Part shown: one piece after another, positions 1 to 11,681 of the stretch | How positions within the stretch are numbered: the stretch's first letter is position 1 | How the letters are laid out: the number at the start of each line of letters is the position of its first letter | The notes under the pieces: generated by a model | The model's database searches: none | Told to the model about the DNA's origin: nothing | The model's input: only the letters and a program-made list of their open reading frames with translations | Made by a program: the position numbers and the translations under genes | NCBI GenBank assembly: GCA_018398765.1 | Contig: JAHBMJ010000352.1 | Coordinates: 1 to 49,898 of the forward strand | Direction: 5' to 3' | DNA: 49,898 nucleotides | Origin: Chromera velia | Lineage: Eukaryota

Positions 1-1267
1 AAGTACTGGGAGGAATGGGACGGGCAGACCCAGGGGCAGGCCTAGGGGGGGTGGGAGGGGAAGAATGAGTCTATCGGTACCGGGGGGAAGGGATAGACTG
101 GTGATGGAGGCCGGAGTGCAGAGCATAGACACAAGTGCACAGATGAGAGAGAGTTCCACAAAGAGGGATCGGGTCAGATCGGCATCGTCGGAGGAACATG
201 ACGGAGGGGCAAACTCCAGCTTTGCCACACCGAAGTCGGGGGAGGAAGAGGCGGGACGTAGAACCCCGAAACGGGCGGTCCCTCTGTTCCGCCCTGCGTC
301 TGCGGGGAGGGAGAGGAAGGTGCTAAGCACACACCGGTTTCATCCTCCGAGTATCCTGATGGATAGAGGGAGGATTAACTATGCTGACCTCGTAGATCTG
401 CCTATGTATAGGCAGCCCAGAAATGGTGGGTTGGGGGGACAGAGATGGCAGTATAGCATGGACGAAACAAGAATAATTGAGGCTATCATAAGGCAGGAAA
501 CAACTTCCAGGGAGGCGAAGGAGGAAGTTCTCTCCTTCCTCAGGGACTGCTCAGTCGAGGGGGATTTGGATTCCCTAGGCCTGACCGAGCTGATCTATGT
601 GATGGTGATGGCGAGGCAGCGTCTACATGGACTCCTTGCTGAGAGGGGGAAAGGGCAGGGCAAGGGGGAGGGACATGGTTGACTAGGACCTGTGATGGAC
701 TGTTCTTCTGGTCAGTGCATGTTTGATGTGGCCTTTGATTTTTCTTTCTTTTCATCTATGGTAGACCAAATGAGGGATGAGCTGGCAGGGTTGAATGACT
801 GTCTTGATACTGATCTGAGGGATTATGGGGGCTTTGGCAGGGAGAGCGTGAGGTAAAGGATCAAAGCGGAGTTAGACTGTCTTACACTCAAGCTCGTTGG
901 GTACAGGATGCTTATTGCACTACTTGATGTGCATAGGGGGGAACCATGTCCGGTCTGTGCACAAAGAGTGGAAACATGCAAATGCGTGTTAACAGTTGTT
1001 TTGGTTGCTAAGCCTTCCCATCCTCCTTCGTACACTTTGAAGGTGATGCCGGCTTCTCCTGATGATCGATGTAGGGCGTGGTCATACAGTCGGACCTTGT
1101 TCAGGAAAGGATGTCGACAAAAGATCATGAGGAGATTGATCCTGTTTCATTCTATCGCTGCTTCTATCTGGCTTAAGTTGGGGAATAGTGCATACAGTAA
1201 ATATTTGAGGGAAGTGAGGAGTGCATGTAGAGAAACAGGTGGGCATGCTGGGTGGTGGGACAGGAAA

Positions 1268-1564
1268 GTGATTTACATGGTTTGGTCCCAATGGAAGAGA
1301 GGCCTATACCTTGGGAGTACGGTAGGAATGGCGCTTAATCGCATCATGCAGCACTTCTATGCGGCTTTGCGATCATGGAGGGGGGGTCGGGCAGCGAATA
1401 AATTTGGGCGGGAGTATGCATATCGTTTTTACTTAGTGCTGTCTAGTGATGCTTCTCGTCATGCTCTCTTCGTTGTATTGCCTCTGGCATGGGTGGATGG
1501 TGGATAAATGAGTCTTTGTATGATGGAATTGCTTTATATTAGAGCGTATTAACCAATGTGGAAT
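1268..1564 (+). pseudogene. GIY-YIG endonuclease domain of the PLE (two in-frame TAA)
   Basis: VIY at 1268, YLG at 1307, R-x-x-x-H (RIMQH), and the C-terminal E-x-x-Y-I-x4-P-x-x-N motif seen when TAA 1505 and TAA 1550 are read through. No Cys between VIY and YLG. Confidence 0.85.
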
Positions 1565-2576
1565 ACTGTGGGTGTCTCGAGGAAGGAAAGGAATGACCCT
1601 TCAATTGAACTGAAACTAGAACGCTCCCGTTTGTCTGCCCGTGCGTGCAGGAGAGGTTCAAGTTACACTCAGCTGAGACACAAGCTTCGCTCCTCTCTGT
1701 GCATGACGAAGGAGTCGGAGGAACTTGAGAGGGGAGGTATTTTCCTCTCTCATGATGAATTTATGCAGAAGGTGGGTGGGAAAAAGGGGGATGAGTCTGG
1801 GGATGCATGTGTTTCTCTTTTTCGTAACAGACTTCTTGTGATGTTTTTCAAGAAGGTGCTTCCTGATAGGTTGATCAGATCTGTCAATGCCAGTAAGGAT
1901 GATATCAAGGCATATGTGAGGAGGGTTCCGAGAAGGGGAATTCTTGCTACAGGCAGACAAACATTCGACATAAACGTTAAACATCTGTGTGAATTGAATG
2001 GATGGTCAATGATGGAGATACTGAAAGGGAAGTCGATTTTTATTCACCTTCCGCTTGCTGACTGTCCGAACTTTAGGGTTTTTTACTTTCGTCAGTTCGA
2101 ATTGATCAGAAAGGCAGTTGCTCCGCAGAGCTCAGTTCATCTGAGACTCCTGCCATCAAAACTCAAGAATTTGAAACAGATGCTTGATAATACATACAAG
2201 GTTTGTTTTGATATTCCTTCTGAATTGTATAGTAACTCGCATGATTATTGCCCTTGCATTCGAATCGCTTGACTTCTCGATTTGCCCCTTCTGGAGGGAC
2301 ATGCATGTGCACTTCTTTCTTTTGCTCCGTCTCTCCGTTCACTTTTCTCTCTCCCTTTGAATTTCTTATCTTTATGTAAATTATGGCCAAACAGTGGATC
2401 GTGGGCAACAGTTGAGAAGGGGATTGACTTTTTTGTTTCTTCTCTTATCTCCTCAAGGGGTTGTGGGAGGGAACGTTTCAGCTCTGCCCGGCATGGTCAG
2501 GGGAGGGGGGGTGGTGGAGGTGTGTCTGCGGCGGTTATGGCAGACCTAAGAGAGAGGTGGGTGACTACTCTTTTAT

Positions 2577-4901
2577 GTGCTCCATGCTTTGAGGAGGGGG
2601 CTTCCCCTTCCGAAGAAGGCTGGGATGGTGAAAAAGTTGTTGGATATGTTGGCTGTTGTCCCGGTGGATAAGGCTCGAGGTGATCTAGCCTTTTTATATG
2701 CATGGAAGTACAGCCAAGCTGTAAGAACGGCTTTCATAGATAACCGATCGTATGCTGTCTTGCAACAGGTGGACTTTGATTGCGCTGTTTAACTCAATGA
2801 TCTGGCGAGTGGTATCGTGGACCAGTCTGCTGCCTTGAAGTCTTTTCTTTTATGTTTTGGTCCTTTGAATAGAAGGAAGCATCGTTTTAGGACTGGTCTT
2901 TTATGGGCAAAGAGGAAATCTTGGGGGGACGATGGTCGGTTGCCCGCGGGCTGGTCGTTTATCAAATATCACCCGCTTGTCTCGTATGCCTTGCATGGAC
3001 GTAAGTCTCTTTTTTCTTTTGCATGTAAATGTTTAAATGGCTTGCTTCGTTACTTCGGCCCTCACTGTGACTTGAACTCGACTTTTTCTTTTCAAGAATG
3101 TGTGTCTGTATTCAACACCAGGTATGGACGTTCCGCTGATCGGTCTGAACGGCTTTCGCTGAAGCCTGACTGGCCTGTTGGTCACATTAAGATGGTTGTT
3201 GATGATATCAAGGCTTTCTTCCCCTCCCTTCCATGCGATGCCTTTTTGTTATCACTTAGAAAGTTCGTCACGAGGGTGAAGGCAGAATCTCGACACAGAT
3301 ATATTGTTCTGCTGAAGTTCCGTCTTTTCTGTAAGAAGGAGGCTGGGGGGGCATGTGGAGAGGCATGGGTGTCACGCAGACAACATGTAAAGCCTGATTG
3401 CGCTGTTTAACTTAATGATCTGGCGAGTGGTATCGCGGACCAGTCTGCTGCCTTGAAGTCTTTTCTTTTATGTTTTGGTCCTTTGAATAGAAGGAAGCAT
3501 CGTTTTAGGACTGGTCTTTTATGGGCAAAGAGGAAATCTTGGGGGGACGATGGTCGGTTGCCCGCGGGCTGGTCGTTTATCAAATATCACCCGCTTGTCT
3601 CGTATGCCTTGCATGGACGTAAGTCTCTTTTTTCCTTTGCATGTAAATGTTTAAATAGCCTACTTCGTTACTTCGGCCCTCACTGTGACTTGAACTCGAC
3701 TTTTTTTTTTCAAGAATGTGTGTCTGTATTCAACACCAGGTATGGACGTTCCGCTGATCGGTCTGAATGGCTTTCGCTGAAGCCTGACTGGCCTGTTGGT
3801 CACATTAAGATGGTTGTTGATGATATCAAGGCTTTCTTCCCCTCCCTTCTATGCGATGCCTTTTTGTTGTCACTTAGAAAGTTCGTTGCGAGGGTGAAGG
3901 CAGAATCTCGACACAGATATATTGTTCTGCCGAAGTTCCGTCTTTTCTGTAAGAAGGAGGCTGGAGGGGCATGTGGAGAGGCATGGGTGTCACGCAGACA
4001 ATATATAAAGCCTGCTGCCTTCTTGTCCTCTCACAACAGATTCGCAGATGCCATCTCATACCCTATTGATATCCTACCGGAGATCGTTGACCTAGTCGTT
4101 GACCTTAACTTTTGTACTAATCTGATTCATGTTCATGGACGACTGATTCGACAGAAGGAAGGCTTCCCTCAGGGGAGCCCATGCTCTCCTGGGGGGGCGA
4201 GATTCTTTGCAGCCTGGCAAGAGTTCTCGGTTGCTGATTCTTTCTCTGTTTCATCTTGGGAAGACAAGTCATGGTTTGGTGCATGATATATGGATGACCG
4301 CTCTCTTTTTATTTGTTTTCCTGGCTGTGCTTCTTCTGATATAATGAGTCTTTGGGATAGGAGCCCTCCTGCTTTACTTTTACAGGAAGATCTTTACAGT
4401 TCTGAATGTATCTTGGAAAGGCAGGGAGGCTCCACGGTGTTGGGGCAGCTTCGGATTTTCTTTTTCCAACAGGCACCCTCTGTTTTGCTTTTTGCAGCTG
4501 TAAACCCTAATCGGGATGCTCTCATCGAATGGTATCATAACCTGTGTGCTTTTTCCTTTTCTTGCCTCCATGATTTTAATAATGCTCTTCCATTCCCTCC
4601 CTTCCCTACCCTGAAGAGAATTAGATTCATCCATAGTTTTTCTTGCATTCCTCGGTTGCAGGGAATGATCGGACAGATGAGTTCGAATGTATTGCGTTCC
4701 TTGCTTTCCTGTAATGCCCCTGCTTATGTTCTTATTGATGAACTAACTTTTCTTTTTCTTGAATGCTTTCTTCTTCGTTGGCCTTTTCCTTTTCTCATGA
4801 AGGTTTTTTCTGATGTCATTGCTCGTTCGAGGAGTCCGAGTCCTTCGTTGATTGCATTATGGAATGAAAGAACTTTCTTTCTTTTTACTGTTCTTGGTTA
4901 A
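2577..4901 (+). pseudogene. PLE/telomerase-like reverse transcriptase domain, interrupted by stops and an internal duplication
   Basis: Motif A DIKAFFPSL, motif B' QKEGFPQGSPCS, motif C YMDD directly after TGA 4284-4286 (the position of the usual Arg), upstream PLE-type VVPVDKA motif. Stops at 2790, 3408 and 4284. Confidence 0.9.
2777..4014 (+). repeat. 618-bp tandem duplication (2777-3396 / 3395-4014) inside the RT
   Basis: Near-identical translations of ORFs 2817 and 3453; period 618 bp (206 codons); TG microhomology at the junction. Confidence 0.95.
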
Positions 4902-5939
4902 TTTTGTTACATTCCCTCCTTTGATGATTGATCTTCTTATGTTCTTTCCTGCTTATACCATTGAGTGCACTATTCACCTGCTGGAAGCGATAGACAAAAG
5001 ACAGCAGCAAAGGGGAAAAGGGGGTCACACGCGTCGGTTTTCATGCCTTGTCTTGTGCTTCTCGATTGATCAGATGTTGCATTCTTGGGGTCAGTCCGTC
5101 TAATATTGCATGCACGGTTCCGGTGTGTCAGCACCATTGTATATGCGATCAGACCTATGACTTCTCACGAATGATGCGCGTGTAGAAGGTACATACATTA
5201 ATTATTCACTTTTTTCGGCGTCTCTACCCGGATCGCATAAAAGTAGAATTTTTTGCATGCATTCTTTTTGCTTGATTATTTGACTTACCCAAAAGTGAGA
5301 GCATGCCGTCATATTGACCAATCTTGGAGATGGTGATTTCGGTAGAGTCTACCGTCGGTCCCTTAGCAAACAGTACGTGCATAGCAGGACTGTCTCGGCT
5401 GTTGGAAGAGAACTAATCATACTAGAACATTCCTATTATTTGTTACATATACATGGCCTGAAGGGCCATATTGTATTTTATGTGGTGCGTAATATAAGCT
5501 GAAACATAAATGTTACGGTTAAGGATGTAATTTATGCAGAGTTATTCTCAGGTAGGTAGGAAAGCACCTGAACAACAAGCGTTAACTATAAAGTTGCATC
5601 AACTGATTGTAAACTGATTCATAACTAATTTAAAAACATGGATTTGATGTAGCAATCGTTGTTCATATAATGTTTAAGTGTAACAGAGCCTAACCAATCG
5701 TTCTTACTGTAGCAATTGAGGGTATAACAACTTCCTACTGCTTTGAAGGTAGCGGTAGGACAGACGGAGAGCTAGCCCAGAGACGAGGCCTAGACAGAGG
5801 AACGGAACTATAAACTTTAAAGACTCTAGCTCAGTTTGAACTCCTCAGTCAGCTAAACGATTGGATATGGGTTGATTACGAGTATGGACCCACTCAGTAT
5901 TGACGTGTAGGTAACAGTTTTTAGAGCCTGCTGGACTTT

Positions 5940-7035
5940 TGTAGCACTCTACTGCCTTAAATGCCTGCCAGTACGGGATGTAGACCTGCTTGCTCTTGAT
6001 GCTTTGTAGCTTTGGTTTGCCCGTTGGTGTGGTTATTTGTCTGCTCGCAGCCTCCGCCTACCCTTTTTTTACATCTTTGGTCTTCTTCCCTGCAAAGCCT
6101 TTCTCTGCTCCTGCGTGGCTGACTGGTAGCACTCTCTTTCCATCACAACACATACTCTTCCTGCAGCCATGTTCTATGTCTAGAAGAATAACTGCTGTCA
6201 ACAAGCCACAAGGTCTATAGACAGGCTGCTTTGTTGGGCTGATTTGATTTCTGTCCGCTCGCTGAGGGTCGAGCCCGATCTGTCTTCCCAACGCTGGCAG
6301 AATGGTTGTAAGGCACAAGGCACTGACTCACTTTTCTTTAAGGGCAAGGTGAGACAAACAGTTATAAAGGAATGCATGAAGGCTTCTGAGGATGATGGGC
6401 AATCTTCCTCTCATTTTCCTCTCCTTGCTAGACTCACCCCTCTGCAGCATGACTTCCCGTCTTCCCACGCTATATGTTTGTCTTTCTTTTGTACAGCAAG
6501 TCGTCCTGCGGTGTTCCTTCCGTCTCTGCTCTTCCCCGTTCTGCCCTGTCGGTTACGGATGGCTCGATCTTTTCTTTTTTATGCATGCTGACATACAACC
6601 CGATGGGCGGGTAAGGTGGGCTGCCTGTTGGTTGCTCTAACAGAAAGCTGTGGACCTATGAAGCCTGCTGCCGGTGTATAGATAATTTTATTCATCGGCT
6701 CTCTGTCTGCTGCTGATGGACTACCAAACAAGGCCTTTTGTAGTGGTTGGCATTAATTCAATCAGTCTCTTTGAGACCGCTTCACTCGTTGTGACATGTT
6801 GTGACTCACTCTTTGCATCCGCCTCCTTTTCTGATCTGGGGGTTTGCAAGTTCATCACATCGCTCTTACACTCTCAACCCTCTCTCTTCTTTATGATTTC
6901 TTGTCATATTGTAGTAAATGATTGATTAGATTAAGTTCAAATAACTGTCGTCCACTTAGCTTGCAGCTGGCACAATTGAACAGACCCATGCATGTATGCA
7001 CCGCCCGGGAGTTTTAACTCCACCTAGGGTTTAGC

Positions 7036-7075
<40 letters not shown>
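5940..7075 (+). mobile_element. Possible degraded 3' end of a non-LTR retroelement ending in an (ATCA)n tail
   Basis: Fragmented ORFs with RLRMAR followed by a Cys-rich stretch, a GGAGTT-TT-AACTCC hairpin at 7008-7021, then (ATCA)10 at 7036-7075. The protein similarity is weak. Confidence 0.35.
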
Positions 7076-8084
7076 GTTATAGAGTCACGAAGAATCATTT
7101 ATAGTTTGAGGTTGAACTAAGTCTTGAACTTCTGCTAGCAATGCTGAGAGATGACAGACTCACGACCGGACAAACGGAACGAACGATTTCAGCAAGACGG
7201 CTGAAGGTGGATTAAATAAGGACCAAACGGCAGCAGCGGGACGGCGGTGTGAGGAGGTAGGACACTACAGATCCCCCCTTCTCACCGGCAAGGAAATCGC
7301 GCCCTCGCGATCACTCAAACATAATCGAGCATACGCGGGAAGGAAAAAGAAGTGAGCAAGAGAGCGACGTAGTAATCTCAATCTTAGACTATCCTTCCTT
7401 TTCCTCTGTTTTGAAGTCCCTCACCCCCTCTGCTTCCTCCTCTCCCCCCTCTTGATAGCCCAACTCCTCCCTCCCATCCTCTTTCTGGTTTTGGGGGAGG
7501 GCCCGCGATTTTTGGAGGTGGAGCTCTTCCAGGCCCTCCTCCTAGCCCCCCTCCTCAAGCCAAAAAAGAAAGGGTAGATTGGCTGTTGGCCAGGAGCTTG
7601 GCCACTTGATTGTGTCAGTGAATTTACTGGTGGTTGTTGCGCGGATGGCATGGGTAGAGCTGATGGCAGTGCATTTTCGTGTTTAATTTCTATAGCTGCA
7701 GCTACCACTCCAGCCTCCTAACCCTCTATGACTTTATCTTCTTCCTTTTCATCCCCCCCTCTTCCCTCCCCCTCCCCTCCCCCTGTCTTTCTCCTATTAC
7801 TCAATTATAAGTACGTATATACATATATGCAATTAATTATATCGATAATTCACTCAACAATACATGTATGAATCGTGGCTGTGTACATGCCACAATCGAC
7901 GTACGTGCAATGAAGGCCGCGCGCAGGGAACTATAGGCATTAAAATCTTTAAGTTATATTTTTAACGTAAGATATAGACCCATTTCAAGAAAACGTGAAG
8001 TTACGTTTTTTTTATAACTAATTTTACCATAACTATTCAGATCGTTCCTCTATTCCTACATTACAGCTAACGCCACTATATAAC

Positions 8085-8490
8085 TCCATCTCCCTCCCAT
8101 CCGTACTCCGACTCTACCTCCCTCCCCATCCGCATACCGAGTCGGACTCCATGTCCCTCTCTATTCGGATGCCATCCCCATCTCCCATCCATCTCCCTCC
8201 CTATCTGCACACCGACTCCATCTCCTTCTCCCTCTCCATGCGCATGCCGACTCCATCTCCTTCTCCCTCTCCATATGTACGCCGTCTCCATCTCTCTCCC
8301 CAACCAGACGCCGACTCTATCTCTCTCTCCAACCGCACACCGTCTCCATCTTGGAGTCCGTCTCCATTCACACACCAATTCCATCTCCTTCTCTAGTCTC
8401 CTTCTCCATCCGCATGCTGACTCCATCTCCTTCTCTATCCAGACACCAACTCCATCTCCTTCTCCATCCGTATGCCGACTCCATCTTCCT
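8085..8490 (+). repeat. Degenerate pyrimidine-rich minisatellite (~30-36-bp unit, core CCGACTCCATCTCC)
   Basis: Repeated variants of ATCCGCATGCCGACTCCATCTCCTTCTC; the overlapping ORFs are low-complexity (TPSPSP / RLHL). Confidence 0.75.
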
Positions 8491-8949
8491 TTTTATCCAC
8501 ACGTTGCAGCTTAGCTTTAGAGCATGCACGCACTCCATACGAGGTCGGAAAGCCCAGCCTTACGGCAGGAGAAAGCGGAAGGAAGGGCGGCATGGTCCCA
8601 CGGAAGCCGCAGAACTCCGCTGGCGCCATGTGCACGCGAGTCCGTGCTGCAGCTTCTTGTTAGATTGACTTTTGATGTTAAAGAAATTATTAATATATCA
8701 AAACCTTAAAGGTTCAAGTCAATCAACGCGAGCTTGTTCCCTGCTTGCTCCAATTTTCTTGTAAAGATTCTGAAGCTACACATAGCTACACAACATACTG
8801 CATGTCAGACGAGTATTTGAATGTATTGTTAAGATTACAAGTGACATTGTCAACGGTTTTTGGCGGTTTTCGGCCCGCTGCCAGTTTTTTTGCGCGTCTT
8901 TAGATTCGACATGGGGCTTTGAGGGAGGAATAGGACTGTTATCTCTAAA

Positions 8950-10053
8950 ATGCAGGTAGAGCGAAATGGGAAACCATTAAAGGAGGCATCTCTTGATGGA
9001 TCAATTTTCCTTGAAGGTATATGGCTGATCTGGCCCGGAGTCTTTGCTAGACTTATACCTGTGGTTTCTTTCCTGTATGTGGCGCTCGTGCACAAAGAGT
9101 TCGGTTCTGTCCGATCCACCAGACATACCCTCACTCAGCTGGAAGAGGTGCTTACTGATCGCTTCGATACAATGAGATCGCTCGCTCTGCTTGAGCGGCT
9201 GACAGTAGAATATCTGAAGGTAGATGGGGAGTACAATCCTGAAGCAGCAGATCTTACAGATAAGATTCTCGAACTGGCCGTTTCGGTTTTGCGTGGCCCC
9301 CTGGTAGATCTACCAGACCCTAGCTCGGACACTGAGACTGTTTTACGCCTTTTTTTAATTTGGTTAGCATCAATCTCTGGTATTTTGTTTTCAAAAGCGC
9401 TTCAAATCGGTGTGATTAACAATCCTAGAGTGAAGGAAACGGCTCGATCCAAAGGCTTGCTGGTGAAAGAGTGGGCTCAGTCTACCCTGTACATGATCTC
9501 CTCGTTTGCCCGCTGGGGTATTTTCGTGTTTGAGACCAACGACAACTCCTACACGTGGATTGAGCTACCTGAATATTTTTTTTTCTATCCACTCAGTCTG
9601 TAAAATTATAGAACACCCCTGCAGAACAACGTCACTCCTTTCGAGTGGGTGGAAGAGGTGTGGGAGCTTGTGGAGCAGGGATTCGATCGGATCGAAGAGG
9701 AGCTTGGAGAGAAAAGCATTGATGATCTGGATCCTCAAGGTTTCTTCCAAGAAGAAAGGGGACTCCTTTATACAAAGTGGAGGGCCCAGATGCTATGTAG
9801 CAGACTGCGTATTTTGGCTGAGGATTTGTTTGTTGTTAGGCTTGTTGTCGCAGCCCGAGTGGACGAATTCAATTCTGATGAGGACATTTTGAGGGAGATC
9901 GAACTTACTGAGAAGATGCAACAGTTGACAGAAAAGGCTTGCAGGTGGGCAGAGAAGGCAGATGATGAGGATGTGCTCGATTTTTGCGGAGAGGTAGAAG
10001 ACTTGAGCGGCATGGCGTTCGATGATTTGGATGATTCTTGTAATGATTCATGA
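8950..10053 (+). pseudogene. Intronless orphan ORF (~367 codons) split by a single in-frame TAA; acidic, probably helical C-terminus
   Basis: ORFs 8950..9603 and 9649..10053 are in the same frame and are joined by open codons after TAA 9601-9603 (PLSL*NYRTPLQNNVTPFEWVEE). Confidence 0.55.
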
Positions 10054-10202
10054 GTTGGCCGGCGACTTAGTTACATGCAATATTGCACATTATCTCACAT
10101 ATATCATATTGAATATAATTTAAACATTCTTAGAAACGTTTGCAAAGCAAACTGGAATTATAACCATACATTAATTTTTGAGCGTGTGTCCAATGCGGCA
10201 AT

Positions 10203-10440
10203 CTAGGGGTGATCCCAATATATTTATTTACATTAAAGTGACGATGATTTTACTTTAAATAGATAATTTAAAACATTAAAACACTTAAAAAAGAAAAGTT
10301 GGAACTAAAACTGAAAGAAAACATCACTTTTCTAGGGTCGTTCGCAGGGTGGCTTTACAGTGTTTAAAGGGAAAATTTTAAAGTTTACAGTTAAAGTGGG
10401 GGTGTCATCACTTTATTCAAAAATTTAAAACTATTAGGAT
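10203..10440. mobile_element. Decayed MITE-like element with imperfect inverted repeats
   Basis: Starts CTAGGGGTGATCCCAATA, partly mirrored by TATTAGGATC near 10432-10441. Internal inverted pair ~10235-10258 / 10391-10414 differs mostly by transitions. Confidence 0.45.
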
Positions 10441-10791
10441 CTTTTTGTCCTTTTTAGTACTACTCATGAAAGTTACTAACTCTCCATGTCTTCCCTCAGG
10501 CTCGACCCTGCCTTTACCGTTGGGAGCGGCTGATCGTCACTCCGTCTACCCGAGGGCTGCCGCTGCCGCTGCCCCTCCCTCAACTATTAAGATCATCCCT
10601 AAGCGGCAATGCCACTGTACGCACGTCTATATATGTCATGCAACTGTAACCATGCATGCGTATTATGCAACGTATGTGATACGGCACTTGCATGTTCCTG
10701 TTAATTATTAAACACAAGCCACATAATTCGAATATATTCGAATATGAAAAAAAAATGTTAAACTATATATACTCAGATTAAAGCCCTAGTT

Positions 10792-10833
10792 CATCATCAT
10801 CATCATCATACGCCATCGCCATCGGCCCATAAT
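10792..10833 (-). mobile_element. 42-bp insertion with (ATG)n tail and 10-bp target-site duplication
   Basis: AGCCCTAGTT at 10782-10791 and 10834-10843 flanks (CAT)6 plus ACGCCATCGCCATCGGCCCATAAT. Confidence 0.6.
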
Positions 10834-11681
10834 AGCCCTAGTTAAAGCAGTATAAAACCTATAGTATAAACCTAGGTATAGACTTACTGTAAAGCCGTAT
10901 AGTGGTCCTTAAAGTTATAGGTTACGTTGCACCTAGCGTTGCACTAGCTTATTTTTTGCTTTTATATCTTTCTCTTAGTTTTTAATTCTCTAATGAGTTC
11001 TAGATTCTGAACTTCTAGAATGATCGAGTTCTTTCCTAGTAAAGTTACTACTAGAGTTACCAAATGTTCTAGCAAATGTCATTGATGTCGTGTGTTGACA
11101 CTTTCAATTGCTAAAGAGTCGATATTAACACTTTAATATAGACTAAGTGATAGTGACACTTTTAAACAAAAACAGCATTTTTGCTAGTATGCAATATTTT
11201 TTTTTTCCGCGAGTCCCCTCGACCGTCCTCAACGTATACCCATCGTACCGTGCATGCGGCTCCTTAAAAACCCCTAAAAACCACGCCTGTGAACTAGTTA
11301 GCTACGTACCAGTATGCTGCACTGGCAGCACTGCTTTAATTTGTTGAAGTCTTAGACTTGCCACTTACTTGCCTGACTTGGAGCAGCGCAATGCATTGTA
11401 TGATCCTTCATATACATGTTGGACTACCTACTACTCATCAGACTAACATGTTTCCCTCGATCTGGTCATCGATCCGTTTACTCCCAATTTTAAAGTCTCA
11501 AAAACAGTCTCCTTCTCTGATCCTGCATCCCCACTGCACCCAGCCGTATACCCCTCTTCATGCAGGACGAAGATCTACACTTCTGCACACTTCCCCCCCT
11601 TTGTACATCTCTTCAAAGGTGCGAACAACTAGCTGACGCTTCCCACCCATTTTCTTTGCAACTGGCATCCGGCAATGCCTT

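Larger units (their letters stand above)
1..4901 (+). mobile_element. Decayed Penelope-like retroelement (PLE) with N-terminal GIY-YIG endonuclease and C-terminal RT (Chlamys/Naiad-type domain order); ORF runs off the window 5' end
   Basis: ORFs 65, 908, 1556 and 2282 share one frame; ORFs 2577, 2817, 3453 and 4290 share the next frame (one frameshift near 2565-2640). Read through the stops, the protein shows GIY-YIG (VIYMV-x8-YLGST...RIMQH...ELLYIRAY*PMWN), CPC...GH linker, VVPVDKA, KYHPLVS, DDIKAFFPSL, RQKEGFPQGSPCSP and A*YMDD. Confidence 0.9.

Noticed and set aside
680..4286. In-frame stops as recoding (selenocysteine UGA as in some Naiads, or TAA=Gln)
   Set aside because: The stops are a TAA/TGA mix and come with a frameshift. 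The TGA before YMDD sits at a normally Arg position, and host genes end in TAA, TAG and TGA. Mutational decay is the simpler explanation.
7025..7035. TAGGGTTTAG as a telomeric TTTAGGG remnant
   Set aside because: Only about 1.5 units; expected by chance.
7421..7708. 95-aa minus-strand ORF
   Set aside because: Low-complexity, non-ATG start, no recognisable motif or splice partner.
8663..8724. 9-bp inverted repeat GATTGACTT/AAGTCAATC
   Set aside because: Too short and no clear TSD.
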